Notes: generated by a model from the sequence alone, not told the origin. 32,000 nt of DNA from an archaeon (GCA_041657425.1 JBBABY010000010.1:12582-44581); one strand, 5' to 3'; counted from the stretch's first letter, positions 16,001 to 25,145 are shown. Made by a program: numbers and translations.

Positions 16001-16777
16001 ATGAAAACTACAAAAGAATTATCTACAGAAGATTGTACCGATTTAATTTTAAACGAATTAAAAAAAGTAAAACAACCAGAAGGACTGTCATTTGAGATAA
16101 CAAATCCTCACGGTCTAGAGAATATAAAACAAAGGTTCTCACAAAAAATAATATATTTAAAAGAAGAAGATAATCCAATAGCGATCTTAGAGTTTTATAT
16201 AAACCATAAATATATTCCTGGAGATTCAAATAATAAATTTGTAATTTCTATTAAAACAATAAAAGGAAAGAAAGGAATAGAACTGCCTTTGATTTTAAAA
16301 TGGAGAGATATACTAATGGGTTCATTTATTAGAGCAACAGTTCCAATAATTGCAAATTATAGTGGTTCAGATATAATCTATACAGATGTGCAAATCGTTA
16401 AACAAGACTTGGAAAAATACAAGAAATGGGGATATATTTCAGAAGAAGATATAAATGATAAGGAAAAGAAAGAATTTAAGAAAAGATTGTTAAAAAAGAT
16501 TGCAAATAAAGAAGTAGATATAGGAAAACAATCTATTGAAAGTATTATTAAAGAAATAAATCATACAGAGCAAATGATAAAATCAGTAAATTTAACTAGA
16601 AATTTATTTTTTGATAAAGAAGGATATCTTAATCCAAATAAAGAAAGAGTAAAACAGATATTTAAAGATTATGCAAAAAAGCAAATAATTTCAAAACAAA
16701 TACTAAAATTAGATGTATCAAAGGTTAAAAGAAAAGAAAATGATAAAAGACTTTTTAGAAAAACAAAAATCAAATAA
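16001..16777 (+). CDS. hypothetical protein with a Lys-rich C-terminal half
   Basis: A long ORF with an ATG at 16001 (the track starts at a GTG at 15992). No confident motif. It is bracketed by the 13-bp direct repeats. Confidence 0.6.
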   Translation: MKTTKELSTEDCTDLILNELKKVKQPEGLSFEITNPHGLENIKQRFSQKIIYLKEEDNPIAILEFYINHKYIPGDSNNKFVISIKTIKGKKGIELPLILKWRDILMGSFIRATVPIIANYSGSDIIYTDVQIVKQDLEKYKKWGYISEEDINDKEKKEFKKRLLKKIANKEVDIGKQSIESIIKEINHTEQMIKSVNLTRNLFFDKEGYLNPNKERVKQIFKDYAKKQIISKQILKLDVSKVKRKENDKRLFRKTKIK

Positions 16778-16792
16778 TAGAAAATTAAGATG

Positions 16793-16805
16793 ATTGTCCA
16801 ACAAT
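16793..16805 (+). repeat. 13-bp direct repeat ATTGTCCAACAAT, right copy
   Basis: An exact copy of 15975-15987, starting 16 nt after the stop of 16001..16777 and touching the stop codon of the minus-strand RHH gene. Confidence 0.6.
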
Positions 16806-16972
16806 TAATGTTTTTTATCAGGATTATGAAAGTATCCCATGTCTGTTAATTTAATTAATGTAAGTTGCTTAACAACATCTGCTCGAGAGCATCCAATTTT
16901 GTTAACTAACCCATCAATTATCTTTATTTGTTCCTTTGAAAAGTAAGGACTCACTCTTGCTTCTGAGGTCAT
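16805..16972 (-). CDS. small ribbon-helix-helix (CopG/Arc/MetJ-type) DNA-binding protein
   Basis: A 55-aa ORF missed by the 60-aa track cut-off: MTSEARVSPYFSKEQIKIIDGLVNKIGCSRADVVKQLTLIKLTDMGYFHNPDKKH*. It shows the beta-strand, helix, helix pattern, and AAGGAGA lies upstream. Confidence 0.6.
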   Translation of the reverse strand: MTSEARVSPYFSKEQIKIIDGLVNKIGCSRADVVKQLTLIKLTDMGYFHNPDKKH

Positions 16973-16992
16973 ATTCTGTCATTTCTCCTTTC

Positions 16993-17077
16993 TTAGTAAC
17001 CGTGTGGCCACTATACAGTTACTAATGAGTGGAAGTATTTTTAAACATTTCTAAACACTAATTAGTTACTAATGAGT
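16993..17077. promoter_or_regulatory. divergent promoter/operator region with three GTTACTAA sites
   Basis: AGTTACTAATGAGT occurs twice as an exact 14-mer (17017-17030 and 17064-17077), and an inverted TTAGTAAC sits at 16993-17000. The palindromes ACTAATTAGT (17057-17066) and TTAGT-T-ACTAA (17062-17072) overlap the site proximal to the MAT RBS. Confidence 0.5.
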
Positions 17078-17091
17078 ACAGGAGAAGAAAC

Positions 17092-17997
17092 ATGAAAACG
17101 AAAATAGAAGTAATTGAAAGAAAAGGAATTGGTCATCCAGATACGATTGCGGATAATTTGTCTGAAAAGTTATCGAAAAGATTATTAAAGGAATACGGAG
17201 CAATAAAACACTATAACGTAGATAAAACAATGGTGTGTGCAGGAGAGATTGAGAACGGAAAGTTTATAACAGAAGTAAGGATTGTTTTTGCTGGTCAATA
17301 TACAAAAGTAAAAGATATTGATAAGATACTTGATTTAGTAGTTAAGGAAACTCTAAGTTTTGAGATAAAGAATGGATTGAAATATAAGATTTACAATTTC
17401 TTAAACCAAGGCAGTCCTGATCTTAATGAAATTTTTTCTTGCAAAAAAGCTAATGATACAAGCTTTGCAGTCGGTTACCCAGAAACAGATAATGAAAGAC
17501 TAGTAAAGTCTATTGGAAACTATATAGATAGTCTTCACAAAACAGATAAGTACATAGGAACGGACAACAAAGTAATGTTTACTTTTGATGGCAAAGATAA
17601 AACAATCTATATTGCTCTTGCTTTCTTAGATAAATTTAAAAAAAAAGAAGAGTATTTTAAATATAAGAGAATACTTGAAGATAAGTTAAAACAAAAGTTT
17701 AAGTTAAAAAATTTATACATTAATGTGGGAGACACAAAAGAAATGCATTTTATAACAAAGACAGGAACTTCTCTAGAGATGGGGGATAGTGGAGCAACTG
17801 GTAGAGGAAACAGAAGAAATGGATTGATAACTCCAACTAAACCAATGACTTTAGAAGCCTACTATGGAAAAAATCCAATAACACACATTGGAAGAATATA
17901 TCAAGATTTAGCAATTGATATGGCAAAGAAAAAGAATATCTTGCTATTAAACAAGATAGGTGGAGATATCAAAAAACCAATTATTTTAGAAATTTAA
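17092..17997 (+). CDS. mat: archaeal-type S-adenosylmethionine synthetase (methionine adenosyltransferase), compact 301-aa form
   Basis: ERKGIGHPDTIADN, ANDTSFAVGYPET and TGTSLEMGDSGATGRGNRRNGLITPTKPMTLEAYYGKNPITHIGRIY match the conserved blocks of the archaeal MAT family (M. jannaschii type, about 400 aa). GGAG lies upstream. Confidence 0.85.
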   Translation: MKTKIEVIERKGIGHPDTIADNLSEKLSKRLLKEYGAIKHYNVDKTMVCAGEIENGKFITEVRIVFAGQYTKVKDIDKILDLVVKETLSFEIKNGLKYKIYNFLNQGSPDLNEIFSCKKANDTSFAVGYPETDNERLVKSIGNYIDSLHKTDKYIGTDNKVMFTFDGKDKTIYIALAFLDKFKKKEEYFKYKRILEDKLKQKFKLKNLYINVGDTKEMHFITKTGTSLEMGDSGATGRGNRRNGLITPTKPMTLEAYYGKNPITHIGRIYQDLAIDMAKKKNILLLNKIGGDIKKPIILEI

Positions 17998-18716
17998 CAT
18001 ATCTTTTCACAAACAAAATTTGTAAATTTAGAATTTACAATGTCAAAGGACATTTCATAAAAATGAAGTGTTCCATCATTCTTTTGTATGTTTTTAAAGA
18101 TTATAAGGTTATCAGGGAATAAAATTCCTTTTTTGTTTTTTTTGTAAAATTCAGTTTTATTTACAAATTGATAATCTCCTTCTCTGTTTTCTTTTATTAA
18201 TTCTCCTTTTGGATTATCAATCAAAATCACAAATTGAGTGAAATGGCTAAGTAATTCTCCATTTTCTTTGATTATAAAATTGATTACTGAAAAAATTTTT
18301 GCGTCTCCAGATAATCCTGTTTCTTCAAATAATTCTCTTTTTGCACAAGAAAGTATATTTTCTCCAAATTCTACTTTTGCACCAGGAAGTCCATAAAATC
18401 CATAATAAGGTTCTTTAGTTCTATGGTATAATAAATATTTTCCATTTTTTCTAACAACTAAAAGTGCAGCAACAAATGGTCTTTGTCTTTTTTTTCCAGT
18501 TTCTCCATCAAGTGATGATTCTAAGGTTTTTCCTTTAGTTGTAAGTGCATATTTCTGATCTTTATCTTTCTTTACATATCCTTCTTCAATCAATTGATTT
18601 AAATGATATGTGAATTTATTAGACGGTACTTTCTTATCCCAAAGATCACTAAATACTGTTTTTTTATTATGTATTAATATGCTTAAAATCTTTTCTCTAA
18701 TTTCATTGTCTTTCAT
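17994..18716 (-). CDS. winged-helix (ArsR/MarR-like) N-terminal domain fused to a Nudix hydrolase domain
   Basis: The Nudix box GAKVEFGENILSCAKRELFEETGL is present. The N-terminal ~70 aa (ILSILIHNKKTVFSDLWDK...YHLNQLIEEGYVKK) looks like a wHTH. Its stop overlaps the MAT stop (TTAA). Confidence 0.8.
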   Translation of the reverse strand: MKDNEIREKILSILIHNKKTVFSDLWDKKVPSNKFTYHLNQLIEEGYVKKDKDQKYALTTKGKTLESSLDGETGKKRQRPFVAALLVVRKNGKYLLYHRTKEPYYGFYGLPGAKVEFGENILSCAKRELFEETGLSGDAKIFSVINFIIKENGELLSHFTQFVILIDNPKGELIKENREGDYQFVNKTEFYKKNKKGILFPDNLIIFKNIQKNDGTLHFYEMSFDIVNSKFTNFVCEKIC

Positions 18717-18812
18717 AATTATAACCTCTTTTTTTCATTAATAAATAGATTTAGGTAAAGAAGTAATTTAAAAGTAAGATGTCAAGAAAAGTTGAGTAAA
18801 ATAGAGTAAACT

Positions 18813-19682
18813 CTATCTTGCTCCTTTAAAGTACATATATGTTTCTTCATAGCATCTGTGTCTAATCATAGTTAGATTTTCAGTGTGTGGAACTGTGAAA
18901 TCAAAGAATAGATATACATATTCTTTATCAGATATAAGTTTTGGATTGATTTGATAATCAGGATAAATTTTAGCGAAATCTTTCTTAATAAACTTAATCT
19001 TTTCTTCAACATTTATTAATTCAACAGAAGTTACAGGCGCTTTAACAATTACAGGAATATTAATTCCACCATAAGTAATTACTTGTTTTTCCAGGAAAAG
19101 TTTATTTGGAATTTTTATTGTTTCTTTAATTTCAGTGTTGATTGGATCAATAAACACAAAGAATGTTCCAATATGCTTTACAATTCCTTCTTCTTCTCCC
19201 ATCTTAATATAATCTCCGATTCTAAATGGCTTCTTTGTAAGAAGCATAAACCATACGATATAAGATAAAATAACTTCTCTTATAGCAAAAGCAATACCTG
19301 TTGCCGCAAGTCCTAAAAATAAAGTGATATTAGATAAAGTAACTCCCATTTTCCAAAGAACAAAGGCAGTAGAAATTACATATATAAAAGAAATATATAA
19401 TTTACTTAGTAATAGTTTTTGTTCAACATCAACACTTTCGTCAAATAATTTAAAGACTTGTGCTTGAGTTAATCTAATAAAAACAGTTGCAATAAAATAA
19501 GTCCATAAAATTATAGATATAGTTTTTAATGTGCTAATAACACCAAGATTAAGACTTATCCAACCTTTTCCTTGAGCCATAACAATTGCAGTTATAGTTA
19601 AAAGAAAGATTCCTAATACTAATATTAATCTATTAACATTGTGTTCTGCTTTAGAAAACAGGTTTTTCTTTAATTTAAACAT
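18813..19682 (-). CDS. mechanosensitive ion channel (MscS family)
   Basis: Three N-terminal TM helices are followed by KKPFRIGDYIKMGEEEGIVKHIGTFFVFI, the conserved MscS beta-domain signature. Confidence 0.8.
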   Translation of the reverse strand: MFKLKKNLFSKAEHNVNRLILVLGIFLLTITAIVMAQGKGWISLNLGVISTLKTISIILWTYFIATVFIRLTQAQVFKLFDESVDVEQKLLLSKLYISFIYVISTAFVLWKMGVTLSNITLFLGLAATGIAFAIREVILSYIVWFMLLTKKPFRIGDYIKMGEEEGIVKHIGTFFVFIDPINTEIKETIKIPNKLFLEKQVITYGGINIPVIVKAPVTSVELINVEEKIKFIKKDFAKIYPDYQINPKLISDKEYVYLFFDFTVPHTENLTMIRHRCYEETYMYFKGAR

Positions 19683-19779
19683 ATTTAATCACTTTATAAT
19701 ATATAAAGAAAAAGAATTTAAAGGCATCTATATAATAAAAAGAAAAAAAATGAAAAGATATAAAAAATTCATTTCTTAT

Positions 19780-20319
19780 TTATCTAATGTTTTCTGAATT
19801 AAGTGGTTCTGGATTTCCAAGTATACTAAATGTTCTTGAATCAGATTTTAAATTTGTAATTCCATTTACTATAGTTTTTGCTTCCACAATTATTCCTAAT
19901 TCTCCACTAATAATTACTCCATTTCGACCAGGGGTGACAGTTATTGAACAATCATTTATTATCGGTTCTGGATTTAATATTTGTCTTTGCCCACCTGGTA
20001 ATCGATCTACTATTGTCCAAGTACATAGGTATCTTGGGGTGTTTGTGGTTGCAGGATATGCAAGTTCTAGTCCACTAAAAATTGGCGTTGCAGTAAAATG
20101 TATTGGTGTTCCATAATACACTGTTGTTCCATTTGTTTCAGGATTAGTAATTCTTACTCCTGTTAATTGAACTGTGCTTTTTTCTTTGTTAACTAATGTG
20201 GATGTGGCATTTCCAGTTATTACAAGATTAGTTAATGCTAAGCCGATTACGACTCCAATTACTAAAGCAACTACTGCCCAAATGATTAATTTTTTATTAT
20301 TAGTTTTTTCTTTTGCCAT
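19780..20319 (-). CDS. signal-anchor family member 3 with an Ig/PKD-like extracellular domain
   Basis: The N-terminus MAKEKTNNKKLIIWAVVALVIGVVIGLALTNLVITGNATS shares about 83% nucleotide identity over 66 nt with member 1 (13734). The C-terminus contains YLCTWTI, reminiscent of the PKD repeats in 8143..9162. Confidence 0.7.
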   Translation of the reverse strand: MAKEKTNNKKLIIWAVVALVIGVVIGLALTNLVITGNATSTLVNKEKSTVQLTGVRITNPETNGTTVYYGTPIHFTATPIFSGLELAYPATTNTPRYLCTWTIVDRLPGGQRQILNPEPIINDCSITVTPGRNGVIISGELGIIVEAKTIVNGITNLKSDSRTFSILGNPEPLNSENIR

Positions 20320-20323
20320 TTTT

Positions 20324-21160
20324 TCATCTCCGTTTATATTTAATGTATATTATTACTAAAATAATTAAAGTAATAAGAATTATAATTAATAATAAGTATT
20401 TTAAATAAGTTGTTTTTAAATTAAAATCTGTATTTGTGTTGCCTTGATTTTCTAAATTTTTATCTTCACCAAATTTTGGAAATTTTAAAAATTTAGGCCA
20501 CCAATTAGTGTGTGGTAAGTTTGAATCCAAATTTATTTTTCCATCATCCGTGTTGTTTATATCTAAATTTGAGGAATTATTTATATATAAATTAGAAATA
20601 TCATTTAGGTCTTTTGTAATTTGAGGTGCGGGGTTATTGTTACTTGAACTTCCACCTCCACTACCGCCGTTTCCTCCGCCAGATATTGGATGATCTATAA
20701 TTATATCATTAGTTTCATTTTCATCATCAATTATTGGAGGAGATTCTGGAGGGACAATCATTTCTTCAAAATTGAAATTAAGGATCACTTTTTTTGTTTC
20801 TCCACTTTCAAAAATTATTATTTCTGGAATTGTTACTCCTAAGATTTCTTGATCTTCTTTAATTAAATAAAATTCAGTTGGTTCTCCAATATCTAAAAAA
20901 TATCCTGCGATTAGAAATCTATTTTCAATACTTGTATTATTTCCAAATTGTCCCGTTTGATTAATGGTATAATCTCCCACAATTACATTATTTATTTTTG
21001 CAATTATTTGAGTATTAATATCTGCAGGATGCTCATTAATTCTAATTGTACCATAGATATTGTCTGGTAATACGGGAGGATTATTTGAATCGGAATAAAC
21101 ACAAATTAAATTACTAAAAAATATAATTGACATTAACATTATTAATAATATTTTTTTCAT
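20324..21160 (-). CDS. secreted surface protein with a Gly/Ser/Asn linker and a C-terminal TM anchor
   Basis: It has the signal peptide MKKILLIMLMSIIFFSNLICVYS, the low-complexity stretch GGGNGGSGGGSSSNNNP, and a C-terminal hydrophobic helix followed by YIKYKRR. Confidence 0.65.
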   Translation of the reverse strand: MKKILLIMLMSIIFFSNLICVYSDSNNPPVLPDNIYGTIRINEHPADINTQIIAKINNVIVGDYTINQTGQFGNNTSIENRFLIAGYFLDIGEPTEFYLIKEDQEILGVTIPEIIIFESGETKKVILNFNFEEMIVPPESPPIIDDENETNDIIIDHPISGGGNGGSGGGSSSNNNPAPQITKDLNDISNLYINNSSNLDINNTDDGKINLDSNLPHTNWWPKFLKFPKFGEDKNLENQGNTNTDFNLKTTYLKYLLLIIILITLIILVIIYIKYKRR

Positions 21161-21165
21161 TCTAC

Positions 21166-22857
21166 TCAGTTTCCTTTGTATAAGGGATTATTTTCTATAT
21201 ATATCCAATATCCTTCATATGGGCTAAGAGGAATAGAAGGGTCGGTTCCAACAATCTGTGTAAATTCGGTTGTGTTGTAATTTGTTCCTTTTACAATTAT
21301 TTGCGTAAACAGATCTGGATTAATTAATATATCATCTATATAAAATGTATATTGGACACTTAAATCAATTGGAAATCCAATTAAATTCCATCCTGGTTTT
21401 AAATTAGAAACATCTAATGTGGTAATTTTTGATCTGTCCCATAATAAATTTAATTCTTGTGGCTTTGTGGATTTTATAAATAATGCTTCTGAATAAGTGT
21501 TTGTATTTAAGGGCAGAGATACCCAACTATTATCAATATAAGTATAAATTTCAATATTTGAACTACTATCGCTTAAATTTGAGAATATATTCCAATTTTC
21601 AGCTAAAGGTTTAGGGAAAGAGACTAAATTCCAACCTTTTTTAAGAGCTAAGGACAATCTATTGTTTTTTGCAAATACAGTGGAATTTTCTGTAATCATT
21701 TGTTTTCCTGAAGCATCATAAATATTGTTAGTAATAATTTTTAAGTTTTCATAATCAGTAATTATTTTATTAAATGAAATAACTGCTTTATTTTCTCCTG
21801 CTAAATGACTTACTCCTTTTATTATGTTTTCTTGTAAACCATTATTTTCAATAGTGAAATTAGAAATGTTAAGTGCTGAATTATTATTAGAATATACCCC
21901 CTCACTAAAATAAACTATTGCATTAGAACTTCCTTGTTCAATTTCAAATTGAGTTATTTTAAAATTATCTTCGATTATTGGTGGATCAATTAATTCTGGT
22001 TCAATAATTTCATAAGGAATATTAGTTTCTTCATTAAAGTAAAAATCTAATGGTTTATTGAAATTTTTATATTGATTTGTTATAGTATCTTTTTTTAGAA
22101 TTAAATGGTATTCAATAAGATTTTTTCTTGTAATTCTTGGTTTGACATAAAGAAAAACCTTATTTTTTTCAGAGTCAATTTTATAAATTGTGTTATTTTC
22201 ATTACCTATAAAAAACAAAGCATTTGGATTCACATCTATAACAAAGATATTTTCGCTAAAATCAAGGGTAATTTTACTCATTTCTGTATCTTCTAAATTA
22301 GAATAAATAGTTATTTTTTCAAGTTCTGGATTTTTAGTGTGGATATTGATAAATAATTTATATTCTTTAGAATCAAATATGGCTTGTGGAATATTTCTTT
22401 TGGAAACTCCACCAGATATTAAAAAATTAGTTATTTTCTCTTGATCTTTATCTTCTATGATTAATTTAGTTGAATAATTAGTGTTATTTGTCCATTGTGA
22501 TTCTTCAAAGGTATAACTTAATTCTCTATCTAAAGTAATAGTGGGATTTATTTCAGTATTCATTTCTTGATTATATCTAACGTTTATTTCTGTAGATAAT
22601 TGATGGTCTGTTATTTGCGTATTTGATATTTTGCTTTTACAAGTTATTGGATTTACATCAATACCATCAATTATTCCACTTAATACTTCTGTAGATTTTC
22701 CAATAATATTAAATTTCGAATTAAGTATACTAAAAGTAACAATTATTATTATAGAAATAATTATAATTAATAATATTTTTTGGATTTTTGGGACCATATT
22801 TTTATCCATTCTATTTTCCATTTGTTTTAATTGGATACATATATATAATATAGACAA
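21166..22857 (-). CDS. large extracellular protein (hypothetical) with an N-terminal anchor
   Basis: A long ORF with an N-terminal TM (ILLIIIISIIIIVTFSIL) and two C-terminal (K/P)GWNL(V/I)(S/G)FP motifs ending EGYWIYI. The true start is probably the internal Met at 22821 (MENRMDK), because 22830-22857 reads like a TATA-rich promoter. Confidence 0.65.
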   Translation of the reverse strand: MSILYICIQLKQMENRMDKNMVPKIQKILLIIIISIIIIVTFSILNSKFNIIGKSTEVLSGIIDGIDVNPITCKSKISNTQITDHQLSTEINVRYNQEMNTEINPTITLDRELSYTFEESQWTNNTNYSTKLIIEDKDQEKITNFLISGGVSKRNIPQAIFDSKEYKLFINIHTKNPELEKITIYSNLEDTEMSKITLDFSENIFVIDVNPNALFFIGNENNTIYKIDSEKNKVFLYVKPRITRKNLIEYHLILKKDTITNQYKNFNKPLDFYFNEETNIPYEIIEPELIDPPIIEDNFKITQFEIEQGSSNAIVYFSEGVYSNNNSALNISNFTIENNGLQENIIKGVSHLAGENKAVISFNKIITDYENLKIITNNIYDASGKQMITENSTVFAKNNRLSLALKKGWNLVSFPKPLAENWNIFSNLSDSSSNIEIYTYIDNSWVSLPLNTNTYSEALFIKSTKPQELNLLWDRSKITTLDVSNLKPGWNLIGFPIDLSVQYTFYIDDILINPDLFTQIIVKGTNYNTTEFTQIVGTDPSIPLSPYEGYWIYIENNPLYKGN

Positions 22858-22885
22858 CTATATATTTTTTAAATATAGTTTAAAT

Positions 22886-24451
22886 CTATTTATCTAGAAT
22901 CTGTTTTGTTTTTTTAATCGCTTTCTTAGTTTTTGAGATTATTTCTTTTCTTGTGAGATTCAATTTCTTAGTTAAACGATTTGTATTCTTTGAGAAATCT
23001 GAAGTAAATCTTTTAGTAGTGTCTTTTATATCTTTATGAATAGATTTTGTTTTTCGACTAACTTTATGGGTTATGTTTTTCTGATGTCTAGAAAATACTT
23101 TAGAGAGTTCTCCAATTCCATATCTTACTGGCCTAAATAGAATTATTTCTTTAACAATATTTGTATCTTTTTTTTGTGGTAGATTTTTATCTTTAATTTT
23201 ACTTGTAAATATTGCAGTTATTACTCTAAAAAAGATTCCTACAATAAACACAATAATAATTCCTTTTGTTTCTGTGCCATAATATCCTGTTGCAATTTTG
23301 TTTATAAGTACACCAAGAAGAGCGCCGATAGTTAATGCCACTGCTTGAAAAAGCATAAAGAAAGTAAAGTGTGTAATTAAGTTTTCTTTAAGATTTTGAT
23401 AGATGTAAGTAGTTATGGATAATCCAAGCCCCGCAGTAATGACTGCATCAATAAAAACAAGTATTGTCAGAATAACCATATTTTGTGGAAATAGTATTAA
23501 TGCTAAAGGGTATAGGGGTAAAAAAAGCATAGTTGCTTTTAATATCTTTGTAGCTCCAAATTTATCACAAGCTTTCCCCCAATAGAAAAGACTTGTAATC
23601 ACTCCTAAGATCATTGTAATTTCCAGTGTTAAGTATTGTGTATAGGTTAATTTCACAATATTAAGTAAATAAAATTTATTATAAGGAGCAGTAACATATA
23701 AACTAAAATAATAAATTAAAACAACCATCATGAAATAAAAATAAGTTTTATCTTTAAGAATTTCTTCTTTAAATACAGAGAACATTGGTTTTTTTGTGTG
23801 TACTGTCTCTTTTAGGATTTCTTCTTTATCTTCTGTTTTGCTCATCGTATTAAGATATAATCCAGAAATAAATCTACAAAATCCTGCGAATATAAAAATT
23901 ATTGTAAATCCCAGAAGTGTATCTTTATTATTTATTGCTTGTAAAAGATATCCCGCGAGAATTAATGGAATTATGGAAATCAATTGTAAGATTATACTTT
24001 TTCTAGCATTGTAGTCTCCCATTTTTTTAAGATTAAATAAATTCCCTATCCAATCAGTATAGACTGGCCCAAGAAATTGACTTATTATTGTATAGACTGT
24101 AGCAATAATTAAAACAAACCAAACTTGTGTTTTCCCCACAAATAAAACATGAGCAAAACCCACAGGAATCCAGAGGACTGCAGAGGTCATAACAAAGAAA
24201 ACTACCATTTGTTTCTTAGAATTAAATAATTTTAAAATTTCATATGAAAAGAAACAAGTAATTGCTGCAATTAACAGCGGAGCATAAGATAATAATCCAA
24301 CTTCAAAACTATTTGCACCAAGTGCAATCAAATAAGGTGTAAGAAAAACAGAAGTAAGATAAAACATCATTGACCAGAATATTCCATCTAATACAGAGAA
24401 TTTAAAATCAATTTTTTGTTGTTCTTCTGATTGAACAAATTTTAAACTCAT
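22886..24451 (-). CDS. MFS-type transporter with a basic cytoplasmic C-terminal tail
   Basis: About 12 TM helices arranged as two six-helix halves separated by a charged loop (MSKTEDKEEILKE). The last ~90 aa are Lys/Arg-rich. Confidence 0.7.
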   Translation of the reverse strand: MSLKFVQSEEQQKIDFKFSVLDGIFWSMMFYLTSVFLTPYLIALGANSFEVGLLSYAPLLIAAITCFFSYEILKLFNSKKQMVVFFVMTSAVLWIPVGFAHVLFVGKTQVWFVLIIATVYTIISQFLGPVYTDWIGNLFNLKKMGDYNARKSIILQLISIIPLILAGYLLQAINNKDTLLGFTIIFIFAGFCRFISGLYLNTMSKTEDKEEILKETVHTKKPMFSVFKEEILKDKTYFYFMMVVLIYYFSLYVTAPYNKFYLLNIVKLTYTQYLTLEITMILGVITSLFYWGKACDKFGATKILKATMLFLPLYPLALILFPQNMVILTILVFIDAVITAGLGLSITTYIYQNLKENLITHFTFFMLFQAVALTIGALLGVLINKIATGYYGTETKGIIIVFIVGIFFRVITAIFTSKIKDKNLPQKKDTNIVKEIILFRPVRYGIGELSKVFSRHQKNITHKVSRKTKSIHKDIKDTTKRFTSDFSKNTNRLTKKLNLTRKEIISKTKKAIKKTKQILDK

Positions 24452-24575
24452 AGTTGATTCCTGGCAGTTTGTAACTTAAAAAAAGATTAATATATTATAA
24501 TTAAATATAATTTATATATAGATGTTTTTTTTTCAAAGTTAAAACCAATATTTAAAAATAGTAATTATCTAAATT

Positions 24576-25145
24576 ATGTATATGGATAATAAAATCACAA
24601 TAGATCGAGTTACATTAAAAGCAATCTCGTCTGACACCAGAATGGATATTCTTAAACAACTAGATAAAAAGAAGAAGATTCTTTCTGATCTTTCAACTAC
24701 TCTTAAGTTATCTAATCCTACAGTTAAGGAGCATCTAGAGGTTCTTGTAAAAGCAGGTTTAGTAATAAAAGAAGAATCTGAAAGAAAATGGAAATATTAT
24801 TCATTAACTGTAAAAGGAAAACAACTATTAAAACCTAATGAAACAAGATTGTTTTTAGCATTAGTTATAAGTATCATTGGAACAACAATTTTTGGTTTAT
24901 TTATGTTATTAAATTCAAATATAGTTAGCATTGGAAGTTCTAATAATTTGAAAATGACAGTGGGCACTACTAATCCCGAAATTGCAAGATCTTTTGTTGC
25001 AGACTCCAGTAATGCTTTAATTACTACTGCTCAAAAGTCTCAATCTGTGGTTTCATTATTAAATATGAATAATATTTTATTGTGTTTTTTTATTGTAATT
25101 GTTATAGTTATATTAATTTTGTATCTTAAAGAAAAACATAAATGA
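24576..25145 (+). CDS. ArsR-family winged-helix regulator with two C-terminal TM helices
   Basis: LKAISSDTRMDILKQLDKKKKILSDLSTTLKLSNPTVKEHLEVLVKAGLV is a typical ArsR HTH. Two hydrophobic helices follow (LFLALVISIIGTTIFGLFMLL and ILLCFFIVIVIVILILYL). It is divergent from the MFS gene. Confidence 0.75.
   Translation: MYMDNKITIDRVTLKAISSDTRMDILKQLDKKKKILSDLSTTLKLSNPTVKEHLEVLVKAGLVIKEESERKWKYYSLTVKGKQLLKPNETRLFLALVISIIGTTIFGLFMLLNSNIVSIGSSNNLKMTVGTTNPEIARSFVADSSNALITTAQKSQSVVSLLNMNNILLCFFIVIVIVILILYLKEKHK

Noticed and set aside
15394-16972. A GNAT toxin and RHH antitoxin (TacAT/AtaRT-like) module.
   Set aside because: The RHH gene is on the opposite strand and separated from the GNAT gene by a full 259-aa ORF. 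Known GNAT/RHH pairs are adjacent and co-oriented. The RHH operators face the MAT gene instead.
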